From positions 11,629 to 75,628 of the forward strand of contig JBBTVD010000020.1 of the NCBI GenBank assembly GCA_038063415.1: a stretch of 64,000 nucleotides of DNA, given 5' to 3'. Shown here in pieces: positions 39,006 to 48,583 of the stretch; the stretch's first letter is position 1; every line of letters begins with the position of its first letter. This stretch comes from Patescibacteria group bacterium (GTDB lineage: Bacteria; Patescibacteriota; Microgenomatia; Levybacterales; UBA12049). The notes beneath the pieces were generated by a model. That model was not told where the DNA came from. It worked only from the letters and a program-made list of their open reading frames with translations, and made no database searches. The translations under genes and the position numbers were made by a program.

Positions 39006-39440
39006 TTACGCCTCTTTTTTGGTTTGCCATAATATTCTATCTATAGGTCCGTCTTGGGACTTTGACTTTATATGTTCATAAGACTGTTGCAAGATTTTCT
39101 CAAGGATTGGCAGCTCTATATCATGAACCTGCTTGATATACAGACAATACCCGGTAGTCGTATGTTTACCTAGCGTAGCCAGGAGTTCAGAGTAACGTGC
39201 CGTGCCGTCCATCAGGTAAATAGTAATCTTACCTTTCCTTGGATAAAAGCCAATAACAAGACCGTCACCTTCACGTCCGCTATCGTATTTGTAATGGTAG
39301 GTATCAAATCCGATAGTGCCTACATTCCACATCTTTGGTGCCTGGTCGCTTATCCGCTGCATCATTGCAATAAGCACTTGGCTATCTTTTACGGTTTGTC
39401 CGTCTAGTGAAGTAAGGTAGTCTTTTGTCCATGAATCCAT
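39006..39440 (-). CDS. DUF1801 (YdhG-like) domain protein
   Basis: About 140 aa with the typical 'GFYPRKGKITIYL' core. Confidence 0.5.
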   Translation of the reverse strand: MDSWTKDYLTSLDGQTVKDSQVLIAMMQRISDQAPKMWNVGTIGFDTYHYKYDSGREGDGLVIGFYPRKGKITIYLMDGTARYSELLATLGKHTTTGYCLYIKQVHDIELPILEKILQQSYEHIKSKSQDGPIDRILWQTKKEA

Positions 39441-39445
39441 TATAT

Positions 39446-40288
39446 CTACTTTGGTTGACCAACTTCATGATTCAATAAAAAAATTACGCCTTCTGTTTGT
39501 CTAAATGAATTTGGCCAGGAAGTCCTTCGGTCCACACGAGCTCTGATTTCATCACCAGCTTGGGGACTTGGATAGACTAACGAGCCCTTTGGAGATCTCA
39601 ATTCAGTATAGCTACAAACTAATGTCGCTGGGCTTGTTCGTGGACCTAAATCTAGCGGAGTATGATAGTAATCTGACGGTGTTGTATCCTCGACTACGGT
39701 ACCCTGAATGTATCCTACTTTACCAGATGCTGCTAGATTACGATAATAACCCCGAGAATTCGGGGTAGAAATTGGTTGTTCTATACCTAGTACACGAGTA
39801 ATTTTAGCCCTTCTTGATGGTGCATAGATGTTTTTTTCTGGGCTTAATTCGACTTGCAGTGCAACGTTTACTCCCGCCAGTTGTTGCCATGCCGCCGCTT
39901 CCTGAGCATCTTCCATCTTGAAATACAAACGGTAGCTAGGAGAGTGTCGTCGATCATCTCTTACGTTCATCCAGGCAGTTTCTATTCCTCCAAATAGCAT
40001 TTCTCCTAATACTAAAGCTCGTGATTGGTCTGGAGCGTTTAAGCCTGCTGCTTCTGGATTGTATTTAGGAGTATATAGATTTTCGTTCGCCATGGATCCA
40101 AATGGCCAATGCGTTACAACGCTATCGCTATCTTCAACACGTGCCACAAATGTTTCCGATGATAATCCACGTTTTTTAAATTCAGCTGTCATGGAGGGAT
40201 TATAACGAATTTTGAAGAGATGATCAACTATCTGTACTATCGGATGTAATAGGCTCTTGTGAAAGACGTTAGAACTCTTTACGCACAA
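39446..40288 (-). CDS. hypothetical protein; start uncertain (possibly the internal Met 'MTAEFKK')
   Basis: ORF only. The annotated N-terminus overlaps motif-1 copy a. Confidence 0.35.
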   Translation of the reverse strand: MCVKSSNVFHKSLLHPIVQIVDHLFKIRYNPSMTAEFKKRGLSSETFVARVEDSDSVVTHWPFGSMANENLYTPKYNPEAAGLNAPDQSRALVLGEMLFGGIETAWMNVRDDRRHSPSYRLYFKMEDAQEAAAWQQLAGVNVALQVELSPEKNIYAPSRRAKITRVLGIEQPISTPNSRGYYRNLAASGKVGYIQGTVVEDTTPSDYYHTPLDLGPRTSPATLVCSYTELRSPKGSLVYPSPQAGDEIRARVDRRTSWPNSFRQTEGVIFLLNHEVGQPK

Positions 40289-40305
40289 AATGGTGAGTTT
40301 TACGG
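40254..40305. repeat. motif-1 copy a (promoter-like 5' flanking repeat, core 'GTTAGAAyTyTTTACGCACArAAT...')
   Basis: Aligned by eye with the copies at 43054, 47186, 48584 and 51004. Confidence 0.6.
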
Positions 40306-40381
40306 CCCCATATTGAATACTAACTAGATTTTATCCTTTAATGTTTTAATTGTGCTATAAATAATGTAAAATACACTTCTT

Positions 40382-41134
40382 ATGGCACGACCAGAAGGAA
40401 ATCCTATTGAAGGTTTAAGAAAGCTTATTCACGCAGCTTTTATGGAAGTAGTTCGTTCTTTTGCAGGGATTCTTGCATCTCTAAAAGTGCAAAAGAGGAA
40501 ACGCAGGATGTTCGTTATTTCTAGTAGTATAGGATTTGGCATTACCTATATATTATTTCTTCTTACCTATGGAATTCTCCCCCAATTTGATCGAACAAAT
40601 GTAAGACTGCCTGTATTCTGCGAAGGGACTCAAGGCGACCTTACGATACCTTCTCGATTGAGATATGCATTGCCTAATGGAGAGATTGGTATATTGATAA
40701 AGAGTAACGCTGAAACTGCTGTTGTAGCCACTATTGATACAAGTAATCCATCTGATGCAAGCACGGTCTTTGTGGTAAGCAAAGATGGCAATAAAATGCT
40801 GAGAACGATGCATTTTGAGAACGATGTTATTAGTGCCGCTATCGATGAGGGAATTGTTTACATTTTCAATGACAAGTTAGGGTATCTTCTGGACGAACAT
40901 ACTGGCGAGGATGAAAAAACATTTCTTAAAATAGATAACTATGGTGGTCTTTCCCAATCTAATAACCCCATTCTTCCATTTGGTTCTGATGGTTATTGGT
41001 ATATGGAAACGACTGGTATCATCTCAAGTTGGCATATTGATGGGAAAGTCAAATCACGACCTCGTTTGGTGTTTAATGGCATTGCGCGAGGTTGTTTTAT
41101 ATCAGGTGAGACTGGTCAGGTTATTAACCTCTGA
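40382..41134 (+). CDS. membrane protein with a C-terminal soluble domain (paralogue A, 250 aa)
   Basis: TM 'FVISSSIGFGITYILFLLTYGIL'. From 'NGEIGILIKSNAET' onward it is identical to 44454..45266. The N-terminal ~100 aa are only ~65% identical. Confidence 0.5.
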   Translation: MARPEGNPIEGLRKLIHAAFMEVVRSFAGILASLKVQKRKRRMFVISSSIGFGITYILFLLTYGILPQFDRTNVRLPVFCEGTQGDLTIPSRLRYALPNGEIGILIKSNAETAVVATIDTSNPSDASTVFVVSKDGNKMLRTMHFENDVISAAIDEGIVYIFNDKLGYLLDEHTGEDEKTFLKIDNYGGLSQSNNPILPFGSDGYWYMETTGIISSWHIDGKVKSRPRLVFNGIARGCFISGETGQVINL

Positions 41135-41192
41135 GAAGTAATTATGCATTCACTTGAAAAGCCCATAGTTTTATGATAAGATTTACGACTCT

Positions 41193-42548
41193 ATGGCGAG
41201 AGTAGATCATGAATCAGGAAGAACCAGTGTACTCGATCTAAATCGAGCAAAAGCAGTTGGATTCTTGGATTATAACTTGAGAGGACAAAGACATAAAACT
41301 TCAGTCATGCATGATTGGCGTGATTTTTTGGCAAGTGGAAGGACCGGAGGTTATCTTGAATTACCTACAGGCGCAGATAAGACCATTGTAGCTGAATTTG
41401 TGGCACTTGGTCTGAAGACAATTGTTACCTCATCAACAAGAGAGACCTTAGATGAAACGAAAGCAACAATTGAGAGTCATGCAGGGGGGATTGAGGTAAC
41501 TAATTATGATGGCCGCCTAACAGGTGTAAGAGGAAATGTCATCAACACAACATTACCTTCCCTTGAAACATTATCAGATATTCCAGCGGTTGCAAAAGGA
41601 GTAGAATTGATCATTGTTGATGATGATACATTGGGAAGACAACGCCAGGAACTGTGGCGGAGATTTCCAAATGCGCTTTTTGTAGGACTTACCACTACAT
41701 CGGATTTTTCTCAACGTGATCAATTAGAACGCAGAGGGACGGTAGATCCGGGTGAACGTTGGACGGGAATGTTTAAAAATCGTATTCATAGGCTTAGCAG
41801 AGAGGAATTAGTGACAAAAGCTAAAATAGGAGAAAGAATAGCAGCAGCAACTGACCTTCCATCAATAAATAATGTCCTTGATGATATGGTAATAATGGTA
41901 CGCAAACGTAATCAAGCAGGATCAGTTTTAGATTTTTATAGAATGATGGCAGAACTCCTTCCAGACACGCTTCGTCTAGATAAACAAGAAATACTTTTAG
42001 AAGGAATAAGTAATACGAATGTTGATCAACAAAAAATGGGAAAAAAAGCCTTGTTGTTCCTTAATCTGAGATCTGTCTTTACCGTAGTACAACCGCATTT
42101 TTCTGCTGATGAAGAGACAAATGTAGAGATCTTGCAAACAGCATTATTGCAATGTTATGAGAAAATGAAAAATAAAAAAACAACTCCGCAACAAATATTA
42201 AGGGAAGGGGCGACTGCTTCATTGGTAAGAAAGCAAAGAGAGATGCAGGAGGTAATCGTCTATCGGGATACGAGAGAGCCCGATAGGGAAGATGGAAGAC
42301 AAGCTGATCTTATGAGCGCTGTTGAGGAGAGGGCTATGATTGCTTCTGTTTTAGGAGAACTTTCTGAAAGAGAAAGAAAAGTGATAGAATTACGTTTTGG
42401 GATTGGAACTAATGATTGGAGAGAACAAACTCTGGAGGAAGTCGGTCATGTAGTTGGTGTATCAGGGAGAAGAATTAGCGTAATTGAGACAAAAACATTA
42501 AGTAAGTTACGAGACACGAGATTAAGGAAGTTTCTCGATGATTTATGA
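41193..42548 (+). CDS. fusion protein: degenerate SF2-helicase/ResIII-like N-terminal domain plus C-terminal sigma-70 region-4 HTH (451 aa)
   Basis: N-terminal 'GYLELPTGADKTIVAEFVA' resembles a Walker A/motif I with Gly-to-Ala/Asp substitutions. 'ELIIVDDD' sits in the DExH position. C-terminal 'LSERERKVIELRFGIGTNDWREQTLEEVGHVVGVSGRRISVIETKTLSKLR' is a classic sigma-70 region 4. Sigma regions 2 and 3 are not evident. Confidence 0.5.
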   Translation: MARVDHESGRTSVLDLNRAKAVGFLDYNLRGQRHKTSVMHDWRDFLASGRTGGYLELPTGADKTIVAEFVALGLKTIVTSSTRETLDETKATIESHAGGIEVTNYDGRLTGVRGNVINTTLPSLETLSDIPAVAKGVELIIVDDDTLGRQRQELWRRFPNALFVGLTTTSDFSQRDQLERRGTVDPGERWTGMFKNRIHRLSREELVTKAKIGERIAAATDLPSINNVLDDMVIMVRKRNQAGSVLDFYRMMAELLPDTLRLDKQEILLEGISNTNVDQQKMGKKALLFLNLRSVFTVVQPHFSADEETNVEILQTALLQCYEKMKNKKTTPQQILREGATASLVRKQREMQEVIVYRDTREPDREDGRQADLMSAVEERAMIASVLGELSERERKVIELRFGIGTNDWREQTLEEVGHVVGVSGRRISVIETKTLSKLRDTRLRKFLDDL

Positions 42549-42643
42549 TAGTACAAAGGTTTGAGTCTGTCTACCGTGAGCCATATTTAGCTCATATTAT
42601 ATCAAGAAAGTCTTTATACAACTCTACTGATTTCTGCTAAAAT

Positions 42644-42955
42644 ATGGCAATGAGTCAAAAGTTGAGTTTCAAACCATCGGATATTGAAAAAGTATATAAA
42701 GATCAGGCCAAAAGATATTCAGGCTTTGCTAATGATTCTTTCAGTTGGCTTTATCTTGAAAAGCCATGGGGCACAACATCACCGCTATTTTTGAGACCAG
42801 TTGCTGATATTGTAAATGAAACAATAAAAGCGGGTTTTACTATAAAGTCATTAGAAGAACCCTCTGTTCCATTGGCAGCAAAAAAAGCAGACCATGTGAA
42901 TTATTTGAAGTATTCTTTTTGCCCATCACGAATTGCTGTCATTGCCACAAAATAA
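42644..42955 (+). CDS. small hypothetical protein (103 aa), possibly a remnant of a methyltransferase C-terminus
   Basis: ORF with a weak resemblance to the C-terminal beta strands of class I methyltransferases. Low confidence. Confidence 0.25.
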   Translation: MAMSQKLSFKPSDIEKVYKDQAKRYSGFANDSFSWLYLEKPWGTTSPLFLRPVADIVNETIKAGFTIKSLEEPSVPLAAKKADHVNYLKYSFCPSRIAVIATK

Positions 42956-43053
42956 AAATGATGAATCAACCACAAAGCTTGTTGGTGCAACGTAGGGGGC
43001 TAAGGAGTTTTGTTGCAATGATCCAAATGCTCATGAGAAGAGTATATCATTAA

Positions 43054-43100
43054 GTTAGAATTTTTTACGCACAGAATCAGGAGTTTAAATTCCAAGCTTT
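43054..43100. repeat. motif-1 copy b (upstream of the Fic gene)
   Basis: 'GTTAGAATTTTTTACGCACAGAATCAGGAGTTTAAATTCCAAGCTTT'. Confidence 0.6.
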
Positions 43101-43198
43101 ATATGAATTACTTTAGGGATGGTGTTAAATGTTAAAATGGCAATTGTTAAATGTTCGATAGTGTGATATTCTCTTTTTAGCTTCAAATTTAGCTAAAT

Positions 43199-44371
43199 AT
43201 GTTAAATATTGAAAATAAAATGAGTAAGTATTCATACGACAAATTATTACTAGTACAGCCCAAATTTAACTCTACTTTGACAGATTTAATTATTGAGTTA
43301 GATTATTTAAGGAAAAAGCCTTTAGGTGGTAGCACTCCACCTCGGATATTTTTCCAATTAAAAAGTATATTTCATACCTTAGAAAGTATTGGGTCTGCAC
43401 GTATTGAAGGAAATCATACGACTATTGCTGAGTTTATTGAAACGAAGTTAGAGAAACATAAGAGTAAAGACGAAAAAATAAATGAAATTCAAAATATAGA
43501 AGCAGCAATGGATTTTATTGATAATTCTATAGATGCAACACCTATAAATGACGCTTTCATACGTGAGTTACATAAGAGAGTTGTGGGTGGTTTATCTCCT
43601 CATGAAGAAGGAGATACTCATCCTGGTGAATATCGAAAAGGAAATATTAAAATTGCTGGTACACAACATGTACCCCCAGAATCTCTGCAAGTCATTGATT
43701 ATATGCAGGAGTTAAATGGATTTATTAATAATGACGATCCACATAAATATGATCTGCTTAAAATTGCATTAGCACATCATCGTTTTGTATGGATTCACCC
43801 CTTTGGAAATGGTAATGGTCGTACTGTTAGATTACTTACCTACGCACAACTTATAAAGTCAGGTTTTAATGTTCACGTAGGAAGAATTATTAACCCTACT
43901 GCAATTTTTTGTAGCGATCGAGAGAAATATTATTCGTATTTATCGAAAGCAGATGCAGGGGATAGTACTGGCCTCTTAAATTGGAGTGAGTATGTGTTAT
44001 CTGGATTGAAACAGGAGATAGAAAAAATTGACCATTTGTTAGATTATAGTTATTTATCTGAAAAAATATTACTTCCTGCCATTAGTTTCTCACTTGATAG
44101 AAAAGTTATTACTCAGCTTGAGGCGGATATTTTAAAAATTGCGGTTAAAAAACAATTATTTCAAGCATCAGACTTAAAAGAACTATTTCCCAACACAATT
44201 CCGGCTCAAGTTTCTCGTTATATCAGTCGTTTGAAAGAAAAAAAGATGATTGCTCCGGAAAATAAAAATAGTAGAAAGTACCTTATAGATTTTGGTAATA
44301 ATTACTTACTTCGGGGTGTTATTAAAATGTTAGATCAACATGGTTTTTTACCTCTTAAAGGAGAGTCTTAA
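43199..44371 (+). CDS. Fic family protein, class II (N-terminal inhibitory helix), with a C-terminal winged-helix-like domain (390 aa)
   Basis: Fic motif 'HPFGNGNGRTVRLL', in which Asn occupies the usual D/E position. An inhibitory-helix motif (S/T)xxxE(G/N) is present as 'SARIEGN'. Confidence 0.75.
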   Translation: MLNIENKMSKYSYDKLLLVQPKFNSTLTDLIIELDYLRKKPLGGSTPPRIFFQLKSIFHTLESIGSARIEGNHTTIAEFIETKLEKHKSKDEKINEIQNIEAAMDFIDNSIDATPINDAFIRELHKRVVGGLSPHEEGDTHPGEYRKGNIKIAGTQHVPPESLQVIDYMQELNGFINNDDPHKYDLLKIALAHHRFVWIHPFGNGNGRTVRLLTYAQLIKSGFNVHVGRIINPTAIFCSDREKYYSYLSKADAGDSTGLLNWSEYVLSGLKQEIEKIDHLLDYSYLSEKILLPAISFSLDRKVITQLEADILKIAVKKQLFQASDLKELFPNTIPAQVSRYISRLKEKKMIAPENKNSRKYLIDFGNNYLLRGVIKMLDQHGFLPLKGES

Positions 44372-44374
44372 AAG

Positions 44375-44428
44375 GTTCGAGTCCGTCCGTCGTAAAGCTA
44401 GAGTTCGAGGCTGAAATGTTGGGCAGGA
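44375..44428. repeat. motif-2 copy A (3' flanking repeat 'GGTTCGAGTCCGTCCGyCGTrAGGCTAGAGTTCGAGGCTrAAT...')
   Basis: Starts 4 nt after the Fic stop codon. Aligned with the copies at 48506 and 52507. Confidence 0.6.
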
Positions 44429-44453
44429 CAAACGTCTGCTATACTTATTAAGG

Positions 44454-45266
44454 ATGACGCCTTTACAAATAGGACTTGGTACCAGTATATTTATCAATCT
44501 AATAATTGGGCTACTCTATATCGCTATCCTACAAGAGCCAGGTTCAGCATATTATTTTTTTCTCTTTCTTACTTTCTTCAGCGGTTCCTTTCTTGCAGGA
44601 ATTCTTGCATCTCTAAAAGCGCAAAAAAGGAAACGCAGGGAGTTCGTTGTTTCTAGTAGTATAGGGTTTGGCATTACCTGTATGTTATTTCTTATTACCT
44701 ATGGAGTTCTTCCCCAATTTGATCGAACAAATGTTAGATTACCTGTATTCTGCGAAGGAAATCAAGGCGACCTTAAGATACCTTTTCAATTGAGATACAC
44801 TTTACCCAATGGAGAGATTGGTATATTGATAAAGAGTAACGCTGAAACTGCTGTTGTAGCCACTATTGATACAAGTAATCCATCTGATGCAAGCACGGTC
44901 TTTGTGGTAAGCAAAGATGGCAATAAAATGCTGAGAACGATGCATTTTGAGAACGATGTTATTAGTGCCGCTATCGATGAGGGAATTGTTTACATTTTCA
45001 ATGACAAGTTAGGGTATCTTCTGGACGAACATACTGGCGAGGATGAAAAAACATTTCTTAAAATAGATAACTATGGTGGTCTTTCCCAATCTAATAACCC
45101 CATTCTTCCATTTGGTTCTGATGGTTATTGGTATATGGAAACGACTGGTATCATCTCAAGTTGGCATATTGATGGGAAAGTCAAATCACGACCTCGTTTG
45201 GTGTTTAATGGCATTGCGCGAGGTTGTTTTATATCAGGTGAGACTGGTCAGGTTATTAACCTCTGA
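44454..45266 (+). CDS. membrane protein paralogue B (270 aa); N-terminus diverged from 40382..41134, remainder identical
   Basis: See 40382..41134. Confidence 0.5.
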   Translation: MTPLQIGLGTSIFINLIIGLLYIAILQEPGSAYYFFLFLTFFSGSFLAGILASLKAQKRKRREFVVSSSIGFGITCMLFLITYGVLPQFDRTNVRLPVFCEGNQGDLKIPFQLRYTLPNGEIGILIKSNAETAVVATIDTSNPSDASTVFVVSKDGNKMLRTMHFENDVISAAIDEGIVYIFNDKLGYLLDEHTGEDEKTFLKIDNYGGLSQSNNPILPFGSDGYWYMETTGIISSWHIDGKVKSRPRLVFNGIARGCFISGETGQVINL

Positions 45267-45324
45267 GAAGTAATTATGCATTCACTTGAAAAGCCCATAG
45301 TTTTATGATAAGATTTACGACTCT

Positions 45325-46680
45325 ATGGCGAGAGTAGATCATGAATCAGGAAGAACCAGTGTACTCGATCTAAATCGAGCAAAAGCAGTTGGATTCTTGG
45401 ATTATAACTTGAGAGGACAAAGACATAAAACTTCAGTCATGCATGATTGGCGTGATTTTTTGGCAAGTGGAAGGACCGGAGGTTATCTTGAATTACCTAC
45501 AGGCGCAGATAAGACCATTGTAGCTGAATTTGTGGCACTTGGTCTGAAGACAATTGTTACCTCATCAACAAGAGAGACCTTAGATGAAACGAAAGCAACA
45601 ATTGAGAGTCATGCAGGGGGGATTGAGGTAACTAATTATGATGGCCGCCTAACAGGTGTAAGAGGAAATGTCATCAACACAACATTACCTTCCCTTGAAA
45701 CATTATCAGATATTCCAGCGGTTGCAAAAGGAGTAGAATTGATCATTGTTGATGATGATACATTGGGAAGACAACGCCAGGAACTGTGGCGGAGATTTCC
45801 AAATGCGCTTTTTGTAGGACTTACCACTACATCGGATTTTTCTCAACGTGATCAATTAGAACGCAGAGGGACGGTAGATCCGGGTGAACGTTGGACGGGA
45901 ATGTTTAAAAATCGTATTCATAGGCTTAGCAGAGAGGAATTAGTGACAAAAGCTAAAATAGGAGAAAGAATAGCAGCAGCAACTGACCTTCCATCAATAA
46001 ATAATGTCCTTGATGATATGGTAATAATGGTACGCAAACGTAATCAAGCAGGATCAGTTTTAGATTTTTATAGAATGATGGCAGAACTCCTTCCAGACAC
46101 GCTTCGTCTAGATAAACAAGAAATACTTTTAGAAGGAATAAGTAATACGAATGTTGATCAACAAAAAATGGGAAAAAAAGCCTTGTTGTTCCTTAATCTG
46201 AGATCTGTCTTTACCGTAGTACAACCGCATTTTTCTGCTGATGAAGAGACAAATGTAGAGATCTTGCAAACAGCATTATTGCAATGTTATGAGAAAATGA
46301 AAAATAAAAAAACAACTCCGCAACAAATATTAAGGGAAGGGGCGACTGCTTCATTGGTAAGAAAGCAAAGAGAGATGCAGGAGGTAATCGTCTATCGGGA
46401 TACGAGAGAGCCCGATAGGGAAGATGGAAGACAAGCTGATCTTATGAGCGCTGTTGAGGAGAGGGCTATGATTGCTTCTGTTTTAGGAGAACTTTCTGAA
46501 AGAGAAAGAAAAGTGATAGAATTACGTTTTGGGATTGGAACTAATGATTGGAGAGAACAAACTCTGGAGGAAGTCGGTCATGTAGTTGGTGTATCAGGGA
46601 GAAGAATTAGCGTAATTGAGACAAAAACATTAAGTAAGTTACGAGACACGAGATTAAGGAAGTTTCTCGATGATTTATGA
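45325..46680 (+). CDS. helicase-like/sigma-70 region-4 fusion protein, second identical copy
   Basis: Identical 451-aa translation to 41193..42548. Confidence 0.5.
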   Translation: MARVDHESGRTSVLDLNRAKAVGFLDYNLRGQRHKTSVMHDWRDFLASGRTGGYLELPTGADKTIVAEFVALGLKTIVTSSTRETLDETKATIESHAGGIEVTNYDGRLTGVRGNVINTTLPSLETLSDIPAVAKGVELIIVDDDTLGRQRQELWRRFPNALFVGLTTTSDFSQRDQLERRGTVDPGERWTGMFKNRIHRLSREELVTKAKIGERIAAATDLPSINNVLDDMVIMVRKRNQAGSVLDFYRMMAELLPDTLRLDKQEILLEGISNTNVDQQKMGKKALLFLNLRSVFTVVQPHFSADEETNVEILQTALLQCYEKMKNKKTTPQQILREGATASLVRKQREMQEVIVYRDTREPDREDGRQADLMSAVEERAMIASVLGELSERERKVIELRFGIGTNDWREQTLEEVGHVVGVSGRRISVIETKTLSKLRDTRLRKFLDDL

Positions 46681-46775
46681 TAGTACAAAGGTTTGAGTCT
46701 GTCTACCGTGAGCCATATTTAGCTCATATTATATCAAGAAAGTCTTTATACAACTCTACTGATTTCTGCTAAAAT

Positions 46776-47087
46776 ATGGCAATGAGTCAAAAGTTGAGTT
46801 TCAAACCATCGGATATTGAAAAAGTATATAAAGATCAGGCCAAAAGATATTCAGGCTTTGCTAATGATTCTTTCAGTTGGCTTTATCTTGAAAAGCCATG
46901 GGGCACAACATCACCGCTATTTTTGAGACCAGTTGCTGATATTGTAAATGAAACAATAAAAGCGGGTTTTACTATAAAGTCATTAGAAGAACCCTCTGTT
47001 CCATTGGCAGCAAAAAAAGCAGACCATGTGAATTATTTGAAGTATTCTTTTTGCCCATCACGAATTGCTGTCATTGCCACAAAATAA
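46776..47087 (+). CDS. small hypothetical protein, second identical copy
   Basis: Identical to 42644..42955. Confidence 0.25.
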   Translation: MAMSQKLSFKPSDIEKVYKDQAKRYSGFANDSFSWLYLEKPWGTTSPLFLRPVADIVNETIKAGFTIKSLEEPSVPLAAKKADHVNYLKYSFCPSRIAVIATK

Positions 47088-47185
47088 AAATGATGAATCA
47101 ACCACAAAGCTTGTTGGTGCAACGTAGGGGGCTAAGGAGTTTTGTTGCAATGATCCAAATGCTCATGAGAAGAGTATATCATTAA

Positions 47186-47232
47186 GTTAGAATTTTTTAC
47201 GCACAGAATCAGGAGTTTAAATTCCAAGCTTT
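47186..47232. repeat. motif-1 copy c (duplicate of copy b inside unit 2)
   Basis: Offset 4132 from copy b. Confidence 0.6.
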
Positions 47233-47330
47233 ATATGAATTACTTTAGGGATGGTGTTAAATGTTAAAATGGCAATTGTTAAATGTTCGATAGTGTGATA
47301 TTCTCTTTTTAGCTTCAAATTTAGCTAAAT

Positions 47331-48503
47331 ATGTTAAATATTGAAAATAAAATGAGTAAGTATTCATACGACAAATTATTACTAGTACAGCCCAAATTTA
47401 ACTCTACTTTGACAGATTTAATTATTGAGTTAGATTATTTAAGGAAAAAGCCTTTAGGTGGTAGCACTCCACCTCGGATATTTTTCCAATTAAAAAGTAT
47501 ATTTCATACCTTAGAAAGTATTGGGTCTGCACGTATTGAAGGAAATCATACGACTATTGCTGAGTTTATTGAAACGAAGTTAGAGAAACATAAGAGTAAA
47601 GACGAAAAAATAAATGAAATTCAAAATATAGAAGCAGCAATGGATTTTATTGATAATTCTATAGATGCAACACCTATAAATGACGCTTTCATACGTGAGT
47701 TACATAAGAGAGTTGTGGGTGGTTTATCTCCTCATGAAGAAGGAGATACTCATCCTGGTGAATATCGAAAAGGAAATATTAAAATTGCTGGTACACAACA
47801 TGTACCCCCAGAATCTCTGCAAGTCATTGATTATATGCAGGAGTTAAATGGATTTATTAATAATGACGATCCACATAAATATGATCTGCTTAAAATTGCA
47901 TTAGCACATCATCGTTTTGTATGGATTCACCCCTTTGGAAATGGTAATGGTCGTACTGTTAGATTACTTACCTACGCACAACTTATAAAGTCAGGTTTTA
48001 ATGTTCACGTAGGAAGAATTATTAACCCTACTGCAATTTTTTGTAGCGATCGAGAGAAATATTATTCGTATTTATCGAAAGCAGATGCAGGGGATAGTAC
48101 TGGCCTCTTAAATTGGAGTGAGTATGTGTTATCTGGATTGAAACAGGAGATAGAAAAAATTGACCATTTGTTAGATTATAGTTATTTATCTGAAAAAATA
48201 TTACTTCCTGCCATTAGTTTCTCACTTGATAGAAAAGTTATTACTCAGCTTGAGGCGGATATTTTAAAAATTGCGGTTAAAAAACAATTATTTCAAGCAT
48301 CAGACTTAAAAGAACTATTTCCCAACACAATTCCGGCTCAAGTTTCTCGTTATATCAGTCGTTTGAAAGAAAAAAAGATGATTGCTCCGGAAAATAAAAA
48401 TAGTAGAAAGTACCTTATAGATTTTGGTAATAATTACTTACTTCGGGGTGTTATTAAAATGTTAGATCAACATGGGTTTTTGCCTCTTAAAGGTGAGTCC
48501 TAA
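47331..48503 (+). CDS. Fic family protein, class II, second copy
   Basis: Identical 390-aa translation to 43199..44371. A few silent or near-terminal nucleotide differences occur in the last ~30 bp. Confidence 0.75.
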   Translation: MLNIENKMSKYSYDKLLLVQPKFNSTLTDLIIELDYLRKKPLGGSTPPRIFFQLKSIFHTLESIGSARIEGNHTTIAEFIETKLEKHKSKDEKINEIQNIEAAMDFIDNSIDATPINDAFIRELHKRVVGGLSPHEEGDTHPGEYRKGNIKIAGTQHVPPESLQVIDYMQELNGFINNDDPHKYDLLKIALAHHRFVWIHPFGNGNGRTVRLLTYAQLIKSGFNVHVGRIINPTAIFCSDREKYYSYLSKADAGDSTGLLNWSEYVLSGLKQEIEKIDHLLDYSYLSEKILLPAISFSLDRKVITQLEADILKIAVKKQLFQASDLKELFPNTIPAQVSRYISRLKEKKMIAPENKNSRKYLIDFGNNYLLRGVIKMLDQHGFLPLKGES

Positions 48504-48505
48504 AA

Positions 48506-48560
48506 GGTTCGATTCTATCTGCCGTGAGGCTAGAATTCGAGGATAAATTATTGGGCAAGG
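48506..48560. repeat. motif-2 copy B
   Basis: 'GGTTCGATTCTATCTGCCGTGAGGCTAGAATTCGAGGATAAATTATTGGGCAAGG'. Confidence 0.6.
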
Positions 48561-48583
48561 GTACGCGCGCGGCGTTAGAACTC

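Larger units (their letters stand above)
40676..44340. repeat. tandem duplication unit 1 (~3.66 kb, identical to 44808..48472 at the resolution I can check)
   Basis: Four encoded proteins are identical between units. The DNA offset is exactly 4132 bp. Identity begins inside the first gene ('aatggagagattgg') and ends ~30 bp before the Fic stop codon. Confidence 0.8.
44808..48472. repeat. tandem duplication unit 2
   Basis: See unit 1. Confidence 0.8.

Noticed and set aside
44375-44428. Motif-2 as a tRNA 3' fragment or att duplication of tRNA-Trp
   Set aside because: It contains a T-loop-like GGTTCGAGTCC but the flanking bases do not form a T-stem or acceptor stem. The sequence does not match the 3' half of the adjacent tRNA-Trp. 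No integrase is nearby.
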